From a virus: a stretch of 64,000 bases of DNA. The DNA lies in the IMG/VR virus record IMGVR_UViG_3300030108_005139, positions 14,891-78,890 of that record; one strand, written 5' to 3'. The translations under genes were made by a program, and so were the position numbers. The notes under the pieces are model-generated. The model was not told the DNA's origin. It saw only the letters and a program-made list of their open reading frames with translations, and searched no databases. The stretch's first letter is position 1. The number at the start of each line of letters is the position of its first letter. Positions 48,457-58,136 of this stretch are shown one piece after another.

Positions 48457-49327
48457 TTTTTAGCCTCCTAAAGCATTCATTAATTCCTTTCTCAATAGTA
48501 TACTCAGGCTTCCACCCTAAGTCCAGTAGAGGTTGGATATCTGCCTTTGTATATCTTACGTCACCTTCCCTTTCCGCCACATATTTAAACACGGTCTCTG
48601 GAAGATGTTGTAACACAATTTCTTTCATTTCATTTAGCGATATATTATTGCCCGTTCCAACATCAAAATGTTGACCATAAAAATCACGGTCGTGCTCCAT
48701 TGCAAATATATTTGCCGACACAACATCTTCGCGATTAGCCATATCTCTTCTTTGTTCACCATCACCAGTAATAAAGGGAGATTTATCATCTCGGATGTGC
48801 TGCATCCAATTTGCTACTGCTGTGGCGTATGCAGTCTTGGCCTGCTGATCGGGAGAGTAAACATTAAAATATCTCAATGTAACAGTATCTAAACCATATA
48901 ATTGAGAGTACATCTTACACTCCATCTCAGTATAAAGCTTTTGCAAAGCATAAGGACTGGCTGGGCCGTCTCCGTTCCCTACGACAGAAGAGGAACCAGC
49001 ATAAATTAAACGTTTAGCCCCAACCTTTCTGGCAAAGTTTAAAACAGTGCTCCCGGCAATGACATTATTTTTTGTTGTTTCAACGGGATGCTCAACACTG
49101 TAGGCTACTCTTGGGATGGCAGCCAGATGGAATATATATTCTGGCTTGAAATTCCAATATGCAGGGTGGAAGTTAGCAGTATGATCCTGATTTAGAAAAT
49201 CCATAATATTTTTTGGATATTGCTCTTGCAAATCAACCCCACGAACATCGTGTCCTAATTCTTGCAATCTTTCAAAAAGCCGAGAACCAATATAACCTTT
49301 GTGACCTGTTACTAAACATCTAGCCAT
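48443..49327 (-). CDS. NAD-dependent sugar epimerase/dehydratase (extended SDR)
   Basis: VTGHKGYIG, HLAA, YALQK, LRYFNVY, GDGEQRRD. Confidence 0.9.
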   Translation of the reverse strand: MARCLVTGHKGYIGSRLFERLQELGHDVRGVDLQEQYPKNIMDFLNQDHTANFHPAYWNFKPEYIFHLAAIPRVAYSVEHPVETTKNNVIAGSTVLNFARKVGAKRLIYAGSSSVVGNGDGPASPYALQKLYTEMECKMYSQLYGLDTVTLRYFNVYSPDQQAKTAYATAVANWMQHIRDDKSPFITGDGEQRRDMANREDVVSANIFAMEHDRDFYGQHFDVGTGNNISLNEMKEIVLQHLPETVFKYVAEREGDVRYTKADIQPLLDLGWKPEYTIEKGINECFRRLKNEII

Positions 49328-50162
49328 TGCTTACTGCTCCTTTTATTTTTTCCCAATCGTGATTTTGTCTAACTTCTAAATTTTTATCCCACGCAGCCTT
49401 CATAACTGTTGGATCAATACCAATACTTTCAAAGAGATTGATAAAAGCATTTATATCTTTAGGAAAACATTTACCTCCAAAACCCAACGAACCATCGTGA
49501 CCAGGAACGTCTAAATGAGAGTTGCCTATGCGACCATCAGAAACAAAGCCATTCATTACTTGATTCCAATCAATACTCAACTTATTAGCTGCTTGTCTCA
49601 TTTCGTTCATAAAAGAAACCTTAGTAGCAAAAAAACAATTTGCCATATACTTGATAAACTGTGCAGTTCCGACATCTGTCTGGATTATTTTAACAAAAGG
49701 AAACCTTTCCCTAAACAGTCCTTCAACTTTATTAGTTAGCTCTGGTTCACCGCCTAGAATTACACGAGAAGCGTTAATAAAATCTAACCTCGCACTTCTT
49801 TCGGTTAAAAACTCTGGGCTGTGGATTATATTCAACTGTGGGTATCTCTCAATTAAACCTTCCATAGTTCCAGGTATCACTGTGGACTTTACAATAAAAA
49901 TATTATCTGTTCTTTCGTTCCTATTTACAACTTCATCAAACACAGAATCAATAATACTAGTGTCCATTACACCGTTCTTTTTTTTGTTCATTGGTGTAGG
50001 CACGGAGACAAAAATAAAATCTGATTGATTTACCACCTCAGATAGATTGTGTGTTGATTTGTTAGGATCCTTATCATAAATTCTAATTTTGGCGTGTAAT
50101 CCAAAACCAGAAGATATAGCACTCCCAACAAAACCATTTCCAAGAATGCCAATATTGCTCAT
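49320..50162 (-). CDS. UDP-glucose/GDP-mannose dehydrogenase family (short form)
   Basis: GNGFVG, VPTP, KSTVIPG, PEFL, KYMANCF, GFGGKCFPKD. Confidence 0.9.
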   Translation of the reverse strand: MSNIGILGNGFVGSAISSGFGLHAKIRIYDKDPNKSTHNLSEVVNQSDFIFVSVPTPMNKKKNGVMDTSIIDSVFDEVVNRNERTDNIFIVKSTVIPGTMEGLIERYPQLNIIHSPEFLTERSARLDFINASRVILGGEPELTNKVEGLFRERFPFVKIIQTDVGTAQFIKYMANCFFATKVSFMNEMRQAANKLSIDWNQVMNGFVSDGRIGNSHLDVPGHDGSLGFGGKCFPKDINAFINLFESIGIDPTVMKAAWDKNLEVRQNHDWEKIKGAVSNG

Positions 50163-50972
50163 TTATCCGTCCCATCGTCCTGTGTAATTTTCTCTCGAAT
50201 CCTTCTCACAAGATTGATAATCCGTGCCCTTGTCAATTAACACTTTTTCATTAATATCAATAAACTCTTTTAGTCTTTTCATTTGATCGGGGAGAATTGC
50301 AAACCGATTATCTCTCCCAGGTAAATTATTATCAGTGGTGAAGTGTTTTTCTATGTAGTCCAGATCATACCTGAGTGCTAATACAGACGCTTCAATGCCC
50401 ATACTGTGATCGCTAAAACCAATATGATCAGAATATTTCCTTCCAAATGCCTGTAATCTTGGTAAGTTTACTGACTCAAAATCACAAGGGTAAGATGAAA
50501 CACAGTGTAATAGAACCAGCTTGTCTCTTGGTACACCAGAACAACTTTCTACAATCTCTTCCAATGTAGATGTGCCCGTAGACACCATTACTTTATCAAA
50601 GTACTGGCCACAATAATCAATCAATTCTTTATTTCGAGACTCCATACTAGGAATTTTAACAATATCTCGCTCAACCACGCTCAATATCCTAGCATCTTCA
50701 ACAGAAAACACAGAACTAAAAAAAGATATTCCAATTTGATCGCAATATTCCCTTAAACGAAAATGCCTGTCAACAGTTAATTCTGCTTTTTCATATATTT
50801 GCCTTCGTCCATCACTATCCCAAACGCCTGGTTTAAGTCTATCAACTGACCAAGTTTGAAATTTAACAAGATCCGCTCCACTTTCCTTTGCAGCTGCAAT
50901 CATTTCTTCGGCTAAACCCATATCGCCCATATGATTAGCACCAATTTCAGCTATTAACTTAGTTTGACTCAT
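50163..50972 (-). CDS. neuB: Nonulosonic (sialic) acid synthase, NeuB family, lacking the SAF domain
   Basis: IAEIGANHMGD, VKFQT, KIPS, VSTG, LHCVSSYP, GFSDH, IEKHFT. Confidence 0.9.
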   Translation of the reverse strand: MSQTKLIAEIGANHMGDMGLAEEMIAAAKESGADLVKFQTWSVDRLKPGVWDSDGRRQIYEKAELTVDRHFRLREYCDQIGISFFSSVFSVEDARILSVVERDIVKIPSMESRNKELIDYCGQYFDKVMVSTGTSTLEEIVESCSGVPRDKLVLLHCVSSYPCDFESVNLPRLQAFGRKYSDHIGFSDHSMGIEASVLALRYDLDYIEKHFTTDNNLPGRDNRFAILPDQMKRLKEFIDINEKVLIDKGTDYQSCEKDSRENYTGRWDG

Positions 50973-51626
50973 TCAACTCTCCTTGGCTTCTTTTAGTTTA
51001 TTATCATATTTGTTTACTGTCTCAACATCACTGGTTCTATTAGAGCCGTGAATTCGATACCTATACAGCGGAACTTCAAGATAACCCAAATCATATTTTT
51101 GCTTAAATCGATTCATTAAATCGTGACCTTCTCGCATTTTAAATTCTTCATCATAAAATCCAATGTCACAAAGTGATTCATATGTAAACATCGTACCACA
51201 AGCAATAGGATCAACACGGTTAGAAAAAAAGTCTATTGTTTGACCAATCTTATCTACTTTTTTGTAATCACAACAAACAGCTTGATAGTCTTTGTTCATT
51301 GAAATGAAAGTGTATAGCATATATAAAAAATGCTTTGATACATAATCATCACTGTCAACTCTTACAAAGTATTGACCTCGGGCATTCTTTAAAATCTTGT
51401 TTAAAGAACAAGGAAGGCCCATATTTTTTTCATTTTCAATAAGCTTAATATTTAATTTGTCACTCATCAACTCACAAATGTCCATTAAACTTGTAGATGG
51501 CTCATCATTTACAATTATGACTTCAAAGTCATTGTGATCGAACGTTTGAGAGCCAAGACTTCTCAAGCACCTATAAAGCCACTCCTTTTGTTTATAGCAG
51601 GATATGCCGACAGTTACCTTATACAT
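50973..51626 (-). CDS. Glycosyltransferase family 2
   Basis: EVIIVND, NMGL..SLN, RVDSDD, YRYRIH. Confidence 0.88.
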   Translation of the reverse strand: MYKVTVGISCYKQKEWLYRCLRSLGSQTFDHNDFEVIIVNDEPSTSLMDICELMSDKLNIKLIENEKNMGLPCSLNKILKNARGQYFVRVDSDDYVSKHFLYMLYTFISMNKDYQAVCCDYKKVDKIGQTIDFFSNRVDPIACGTMFTYESLCDIGFYDEEFKMREGHDLMNRFKQKYDLGYLEVPLYRYRIHGSNRTSDVETVNKYDNKLKEAKES

Positions 51627-52498
51627 ACTGGAAACTCCCTCCCCATAAATCCAACCATAATTCTTTTATAATTAAATTCGTCCTCGCCCGTCACAAAACC
51701 ATCAATAGCTGACGGGCAAACTGTGATTCCATTGTCTTTTAAGCATTTAATAACTTTAGAATTATAGTGTTCTCTTTGGCCCTCTGGGTATGAGAATAAA
51801 TCTACCTTTCGCCCCAGGATCTCCTCTAGACTAGATATACAATGCTTAACTTCATATTCTAGCTCATTACTATCCAAATAAGATAGTATTTCGTGGTTAA
51901 CAGTGTGGCCACCAACTTCGTACATTGGTGGACTATCTAGGTTTTTTACTTCTTGTTTATTAAGGTTTAAATAGTTACTAACGTAGACGTCATCTCTGTA
52001 TCCAATCTGGTTTCTTATTTCTCGCAAACCACGCTCTCTTTCAGATGGATTAGCCCTTTTCAAAAGTGCTTTAATTTCTGTAATAGAGTTAATTTTTTCT
52101 TCATTCGTCCCTATGTCATAAACTTTACCACTGAAACTAACCACAGAAGCTTCAGCAAAATTAATCATATGCTCAAGTTTATCGACCCAAAACCTTCTTT
52201 GGTTTCCAATAAATCCAGTTGTTACAAAAAACGTCGCTGGAACATTGTACTTTTTAAGTATTGGTAGTGCCACATCGTGTACATTCTTAAATGTATCGTC
52301 AAATGTGACCGCAACAGAACCCGGCTCCTTATCGATATCACGGATAGATACAGTTTTCATATTTTCACTAATATATTTAATTTGTTTCTCAAACTCAGAA
52401 ACGTGAATATGTTTTTGTGAAAAGTTTTCTATACCTGGGGATGGGGAATTAGTAACTCCGTGGTATAACAATATAAATGATTTTTTATTGACTACCAT
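51614..52498 (-). CDS. Polysaccharide deacetylase (NodB/CE4)
   Basis: LLYHGV, VTFDD, PATFF, GHTVNH, FSYPEG. Confidence 0.88.
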   Translation of the reverse strand: MVVNKKSFILLYHGVTNSPSPGIENFSQKHIHVSEFEKQIKYISENMKTVSIRDIDKEPGSVAVTFDDTFKNVHDVALPILKKYNVPATFFVTTGFIGNQRRFWVDKLEHMINFAEASVVSFSGKVYDIGTNEEKINSITEIKALLKRANPSERERGLREIRNQIGYRDDVYVSNYLNLNKQEVKNLDSPPMYEVGGHTVNHEILSYLDSNELEYEVKHCISSLEEILGRKVDLFSYPEGQREHYNSKVIKCLKDNGITVCPSAIDGFVTGEDEFNYKRIMVGFMGREFPVCIR

Positions 52499-53198
52499 TT
52501 GATTTAAACTTTAAAAAATTTTCTAAAGCAAGGTGCTTATCGGCTAAAGACATAGCTGTGTAATAATCACCAGCTGTCCTCTGCTCTCTTGCAACAATTT
52601 TACCACCTTTCTTAAACAAGTTTAATAAATTTAATATCATATTAGTTGCTAATACTGTCGTATGATATCTTATTTCAAAGATATTGTCAACAGAGTTCAA
52701 ATCAATCATTTCTTGATGTATCAAATCACCAGTATCTAAATTATCGTCTATGTAGTGTACAGCTACACCCACATTTTCATAATCCTTCTTATACAAAGCC
52801 CACAAATCAGAATCCAATCCTCTGTATTTGCTTATATTACCTCTGTGGATGTTAATTGTTCCAAACTTCGGAATATCAAAAATAAAAGGTTTTACTAATC
52901 CAACCCCAAATGTAATACCCAAATCAGGCTTTAAATGTTCAATATACTTAGCCAGAGCTAAATTATTAACCGAGTATACCTCTATTAACTTTTTCTGGTT
53001 TACACGTTCCTCAACGCCGGTTTGAAAAAATCTTTTCTCAAACTCGTTTTCTTCTTCAGAGAAAAAAGGGCCGGTAACATAATTCTTTTTTAATCTCTTT
53101 CGCTCATAGACTATTGAACAAACATCAAAATGCTGCTCAATCTGATTTATGAAATAAGAATGGTGTTTGGTGTCTGTACTAAAGATTATTACTTTCAT
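52485..53198 (-). CDS. Sugar N-formyltransferase (N10-formyl-THF dependent)
   Basis: INIHRG..KYRG, VHYIDDNLDTGDLI. Confidence 0.85.
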   Translation of the reverse strand: MKVIIFSTDTKHHSYFINQIEQHFDVCSIVYERKRLKKNYVTGPFFSEEENEFEKRFFQTGVEERVNQKKLIEVYSVNNLALAKYIEHLKPDLGITFGVGLVKPFIFDIPKFGTINIHRGNISKYRGLDSDLWALYKKDYENVGVAVHYIDDNLDTGDLIHQEMIDLNSVDNIFEIRYHTTVLATNMILNLLNLFKKGGKIVAREQRTAGDYYTAMSLADKHLALENFLKFKSNGSQ

Positions 53199-53769
53199 TT
53201 TTCATAATCTCCTCTAGCTCATAAATATCTTCAATGGTGTGTACATCAACGTAGTCTGTAAACACCACACTCAAATACATATCTAAACCGATATCCTCAA
53301 TACAACGCCTTTTAAATACCCGTATTGCCCCATCTGTAAAAAGAGTTTGTTCGTTTATCGATATACATTGCCAGACCCTTTTATTTGGATCAAATAACTT
53401 TGCTATTGCTTCATCTATCTTCTCAACTGTTATCTGCGGAGAATTAGCCTGCAACAAACACACGCATTCTATTTTGTCTTGAAGAGTTTTCAATGCGTGC
53501 TCTGCTACTCTTTGCTTACCAAAAAAATCATTGTCAAAATTATCCTCAACTAGTTCCTGGGGCCTGTCGATCACCTTAACGCCCAAATCTAAACTAATTT
53601 TTTTTATATGTTTATCCTCTGTTGAAACATATATTTCATCAATAAATTTAGATTTTTTTGCCTGCTCGATGGTATAAGAAATTAGAGGCTTACCAAGCAA
53701 CATATATCTGTTTTTATTTTTTAAACGATTAGAGTGCCCCTTGGCAGGGATAATTGCAATTGTCTTCAT
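53179..53769 (-). CDS. neuA: CMP-nonulosonate synthetase (cytidylyltransferase)
   Basis: IIPAKGHSNRLKNKN, GKPLI, VSTED, LQANSP, VDVHTIED. Confidence 0.85.
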   Translation of the reverse strand: MKTIAIIPAKGHSNRLKNKNRYMLLGKPLISYTIEQAKKSKFIDEIYVSTEDKHIKKISLDLGVKVIDRPQELVEDNFDNDFFGKQRVAEHALKTLQDKIECVCLLQANSPQITVEKIDEAIAKLFDPNKRVWQCISINEQTLFTDGAIRVFKRRCIEDIGLDMYLSVVFTDYVDVHTIEDIYELEEIMKNESNNL

Positions 53770-54777
53770 CTAGAACTCTATAGAATCAAGGATATTTTTA
53801 CAAACATCATTTGGATTAAAAAGGTGGTTCTTAATTGATTCCTCAAAAGAACTTTCGTGATTTTCATTCACCAAATAATCAATATTGTCCTTAAATTCTT
53901 GAAGTGAAAAATTTACTCTCATTTCCTTACAATATGAATATTTGTATAAGAAATGTGCTGGCGGCCTATCATACGGCTTTATGTGGATATTGATGATTGG
54001 CTTTTTAAGCATAATGCACTCCTTAATAACCGTGGAACTAAAATTTAGAACAAAGTCTGATACCTTTATTAGCTCCATTGATGTGTGAGGGAACCAGGAG
54101 TTGTCTTCAAAATAGTGATCTCCACGCAAACCAGGTGGTGTTGGATCCTTTCCTCTAGTTTTTACTAAAATGGTATACCCCAAAGCGTGTAGATAGTGAT
54201 ATAACACTTGTAAATTTACTTTCATTACGTCCCTTATTCTAGGGAACACTACTAGCGCCATCTTTTTATTTTTATCTAAGTCATATTTTTGATAAACTTC
54301 CTCATCATTAATTTCAACATCGTACTTGGGCGAGCCCAAATACAGATTTTTTTCAGATAGAGTATCATAATGTTCTGCAAAAAACTTGCTAGGAAATATA
54401 ACGTGATCGCAGTAGTCCACGTAAATACCTGGGCGGCCTGGATCAGGTTTATTATAGTAATGAGCAAAATCTATCATTGTTGTGATGACATATTTTTTGC
54501 TTTTCAAAGGTGGACACTCATAAAGCATATGATCTTCTGTAAAAAACACTGGACCTTGTGAGTGCTTTATATCAGCAAATGGAGCCAATAAAAAATTGTT
54601 TTGTTCGGCTAACTCCACAAGAGAGTTAAAATTACGATTTACACAATTATATTTCCCACTTTCTCCTAAAAAGAAACCACACTGTATGTCTCTCTTATTG
54701 GCTTCTCTTACTAGTGGTAAAAAATACTTCAAAGAAGTCACTTGGTTCATTGCAAAATTTAAGCACTGCTTTGTCAT
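53770..54777 (-). CDS. GT-B-fold transferase (candidate nonulosonyltransferase or TagF-like)
   Basis: LGSPKYD, SDFVLNFSSTVIKE..LKKPII; adjacent to neuA. Confidence 0.55.
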   Translation of the reverse strand: MTKQCLNFAMNQVTSLKYFLPLVREANKRDIQCGFFLGESGKYNCVNRNFNSLVELAEQNNFLLAPFADIKHSQGPVFFTEDHMLYECPPLKSKKYVITTMIDFAHYYNKPDPGRPGIYVDYCDHVIFPSKFFAEHYDTLSEKNLYLGSPKYDVEINDEEVYQKYDLDKNKKMALVVFPRIRDVMKVNLQVLYHYLHALGYTILVKTRGKDPTPPGLRGDHYFEDNSWFPHTSMELIKVSDFVLNFSSTVIKECIMLKKPIINIHIKPYDRPPAHFLYKYSYCKEMRVNFSLQEFKDNIDYLVNENHESSFEESIKNHLFNPNDVCKNILDSIEF

Positions 54778-55685
54778 ATTGCCTCGTAAAACTTTTCACA
54801 GCAATGAAGTATGTCAAGACTTTCATAATTAATATTGTCCCTTAGTTGGACCAGGTTTTTCTCAACTTGCTCTAATTTTTTAAGAAACATATCAAAGCTA
54901 TCATATTCATAGCCGTGATTTTTACAAAATTCATTTATCCCACCCCCTTCTTTGTGAAAAAGAATTGGTAATCCACTTGCAGCACCCTCAATATGGTGCA
55001 TACCGCAAGGCTCCCAACGAGAAGCTGTTACATATACATCGTGTTTTCTCAATTCTTCTCCTAACTCTTTTCCGTGAAGAGGTTCAACAAGTTTTGTTTT
55101 CTTTGGTGTATAATCCTTATTATATCTACCCACATACGTGAACTCAAAGTCATCATTATTTTGAAGATACTTGTCAATTTGTGTGTATATATCGAAACCT
55201 TTCAACCAATTATCGGACCAATGATGCGTAACTAATTTCAATGGTCCATTATATGTTTTCTTTTCGGATGGATAAAAAATGCCCCTGTCGCATCCATTAT
55301 ATATCACACTATATTCCTTGTTAAAGCCCTTTTTAATAAAATACTCTGCTAACCATTCGCTAATAAATACGGTTTTATCTGCTAACTGGTTTGATTGCAG
55401 AAGAAGGCTATCCATTGTATTCGTATTTTTCCTCTGATCGCACTCATTTATTCTATGAATAATTTTTACGTTTGGAAAGTTAGACTTGTATCTGTATATA
55501 TCATTAACTGAATAACCGTTTTGATTTGGTCTCGGATCAATCATAAAAATAATATCAATCCCGTAATCAAAATCAAAAACAACTTCGTGACCCATATCCT
55601 TAAGATATTTGGCCATATTTACCAAAAAGCTATTACCACCACCCCAAGGACCAGATATTGGTCTCCTGTTAAACATAACTTTCAT
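54774..55685 (-). CDS. Glycosyltransferase family 4 (GT-B)
   Basis: GGG, VFISEW, IYNG, KGFD, EPCGMHHIEGAASGLP (EX7E). Confidence 0.88.
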   Translation of the reverse strand: MKVMFNRRPISGPWGGGNSFLVNMAKYLKDMGHEVVFDFDYGIDIIFMIDPRPNQNGYSVNDIYRYKSNFPNVKIIHRINECDQRKNTNTMDSLLLQSNQLADKTVFISEWLAEYFIKKGFNKEYSVIYNGCDRGIFYPSEKKTYNGPLKLVTHHWSDNWLKGFDIYTQIDKYLQNNDDFEFTYVGRYNKDYTPKKTKLVEPLHGKELGEELRKHDVYVTASRWEPCGMHHIEGAASGLPILFHKEGGGINEFCKNHGYEYDSFDMFLKKLEQVEKNLVQLRDNINYESLDILHCCEKFYEAI

Positions 55686-55686
55686 T

Positions 55687-56115
55687 TTATCGATATCTCT
55701 CTATATAATCAGAACAAATACCAGAACATAACCCCAAAGTACCCTCATAACCAAGCTCTGGTAAAACACACACTGAATTCTTCACAAGCTTCTTGCGAGG
55801 AAAAACCCACAGATAGTTCCTCGATGTCAATACAACATCATCAGATTTATGAAAAAAACAATGCACACCTTCATTAATCAACTTAGCCAATGCTTCTATA
55901 TGCTTACAATGGCACCACAGCTTGTTATTTCTTAGATATTCAACACTAGTTTTGTATTGAGGGAAATCGTGTCCTAAATAAAATTCATCATTTTGAAACC
56001 ACACATCGACTTCCACATCGTAACCACTTGATACAGCCGCGTTAATATAGTCAGGTGAGTTTTCTAACTCCGGTACCTTACCGTTGATATTACCACGATG
56101 AGCGATTAAAAACAT
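55687..56115 (-). CDS. Minimal GDPD/PLC-like phosphodiesterase
   Basis: IAHRGN, ENS, DVEVDVW, LGHD, ICSD. Confidence 0.7.
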   Translation of the reverse strand: MFLIAHRGNINGKVPELENSPDYINAAVSSGYDVEVDVWFQNDEFYLGHDFPQYKTSVEYLRNNKLWCHCKHIEALAKLINEGVHCFFHKSDDVVLTSRNYLWVFPRKKLVKNSVCVLPELGYEGTLGLCSGICSDYIERYR

Positions 56116-56116
56116 A

Positions 56117-56764
56117 TTAACAACCCCTAATCATTTCAAAGCGCACCATCTGTTGAATGAACGTCAATGGCACTTGTTTTTGTAAAAGCATATTATACAA
56201 TTGTTCTTCAGATCTGCCTGCATCCTTTTCAGGTGCAAAATTATCATACAGTTTACAGTATTTATCCATCAATTCAGGAACACCAAAAGCAAACTGATCG
56301 TGGATAGAAATTTTGGGATCAAAATGCCTCATTAAGTATATTGTTTCTGGCATATCCTCACTCAATGCTATTCCCCTGCTAAAAACCAAATCAGTTCGGC
56401 TTCTAATAACAAAATCATATTGTACACCGCTCTGTTTCGCCATTTGGTTACACTGTTGCAGTCGAAGCCATTGCTTACTTCTGTCAGGGTGGCGATCTCT
56501 TGTAGAAGCTTTTACATCTTCCTCTGTTTCTTCCTCTACAAAAATACCCAAAAGCAAGTCACCATAAAACTCCTTTAATTCTGCCTCTAAATCCTCTTTA
56601 CCATATTTTACGCTAGAAATATCATTGCCCCTAACAACAGTTTTTGTTGTAGATGTGGATATATAAACATCACAATTGTTTGGTTTTATAATCGTCTCAA
56701 ACTGGTTTTGAAATGTTTCTTTATAGGCCCTGACGTGGCCGGGTAATAATAGAGCAGCCTTCAT
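56117..56764 (-). CDS. Putative GT-A-like glycosyltransferase of uncharacterised family
   Basis: Start MKAALLLPGHVR (TGATG overlap); YDFVIRSRTDL, DQFAFG. Confidence 0.6.
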   Translation of the reverse strand: MKAALLLPGHVRAYKETFQNQFETIIKPNNCDVYISTSTTKTVVRGNDISSVKYGKEDLEAELKEFYGDLLLGIFVEEETEEDVKASTRDRHPDRSKQWLRLQQCNQMAKQSGVQYDFVIRSRTDLVFSRGIALSEDMPETIYLMRHFDPKISIHDQFAFGVPELMDKYCKLYDNFAPEKDAGRSEEQLYNMLLQKQVPLTFIQQMVRFEMIRGC

Positions 56765-58131
56765 CAAGTCCTTCCTAAAAATCGATTTAAATCCTCGGGA
56801 GTTCCTATTCCCCACATTTTTTTAACATTGAAAACTTTTATCTTCTTATCGCTTAAGATTGCTTCATTGAAAACCGGGCAGACATAAAATTCGTTGTTAA
56901 CTCTAATATCTTTTGATATCATCTGTTCTGCAAACTTAACATAATCAGAGCCCTTCTTCCAATAATATATACCACAAGTAGCAATGTTACTAATTGGCTT
57001 CTTTTCAGCTACTTCACAAACATAACCAGACTCATTAAGCCTCGCAAAACTCCATTTTGGGTGAGTTGCCTCGAAAGTCGCCATTCCCGCGTCAATGTTG
57101 TCGCCAACCATAGAATACATAAACTCGTTGCTTTCCCAATCCAAATATTGATCAGAATTGGCAATTAAAAGAGGCTCATTGTTGTCAATCAATTCTTTAG
57201 CCAAAAGTGTTGTGCAAGCAGCCCCCTCTGTCATACTATCGACCTGCACTACCTCGCAACCTGGAGAAATAAGATTCAATAGATATTGAAGATTGTATTG
57301 CTCATAATGTTCTTTTTGAACAATAAATATATGTTTTGCATCAATGTTAAGATTTTCAACAACAACCTGTATCATTGGCTTGCCTTCGACCTCAATTAGG
57401 GGCTTGGGAAAAGTATATCCAGCCTTTTGAAACCGACTTCCAGCACCAGCCATAGGTATCAATACGTTCATTTTACCACCTTGCCACTTAGGCTTTTCTT
57501 TTGCACTAGCATTGATTTCATTAATGCTTTTTATAATTTTATCATAAGTCACGTCCTGTGGGTCTATGACAGCGCAAAGGTGGGCTCCACTACTGAGAGC
57601 GGCCTTTCTGCCAATATGTGAATCCTCAACTATCAAAGTCTCTTTAGCATTAACCTCTGCTTTAATCATACATTGAAAATACATCTCAGCCGAAGGCTTT
57701 GGATTTTTAACATCCTGATTGGAATAATAAAAATCAATATACTCTAACAAACCTTTTTTAAGAAGCATCATCTTTACTGTTTCTCTAATTGAATTAGAGG
57801 CAACACACACCTTATAATCCAAATTCTTAAGTTTTTTCAGTATGTTGACCATCCTTTCATCAATGGTAAACTCCTCTTTGACTATTTCAATAGTTGCTTT
57901 TTGTTTTTCTCTCCAAATAAACTCGTGTCTGTCTTCTGGTAATTCTTTCTTCTCCGATAGTATTTGAACCTTTTTAGATGTAGGCAAACCATCATAGGTT
58001 GATAGGTGTTCTTCTTTATTGATATAAAACTTTGGATCAATCTTAATCAACGCCCTATTAAGAGCGTCATAATGGAGATCGCGGGCATCTACCAAAACAC
58101 CATCCATATCAAAAATAACTAATTTAATCAT
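56764..58131 (-). CDS. HAD phosphatase fused to a C-terminal nucleotidyltransferase
   Basis: FDMDGVL, ASNS, KP, VEDS; then LIPMAGAGSRF..PKPL, ANSDQ, AEKK, GIGTPEDL. Confidence 0.88.
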   Translation of the reverse strand: MIKLVIFDMDGVLVDARDLHYDALNRALIKIDPKFYINKEEHLSTYDGLPTSKKVQILSEKKELPEDRHEFIWREKQKATIEIVKEEFTIDERMVNILKKLKNLDYKVCVASNSIRETVKMMLLKKGLLEYIDFYYSNQDVKNPKPSAEMYFQCMIKAEVNAKETLIVEDSHIGRKAALSSGAHLCAVIDPQDVTYDKIIKSINEINASAKEKPKWQGGKMNVLIPMAGAGSRFQKAGYTFPKPLIEVEGKPMIQVVVENLNIDAKHIFIVQKEHYEQYNLQYLLNLISPGCEVVQVDSMTEGAACTTLLAKELIDNNEPLLIANSDQYLDWESNEFMYSMVGDNIDAGMATFEATHPKWSFARLNESGYVCEVAEKKPISNIATCGIYYWKKGSDYVKFAEQMISKDIRVNNEFYVCPVFNEAILSDKKIKVFNVKKMWGIGTPEDLNRFLGRT

Positions 58132-58136
58132 AAGCT

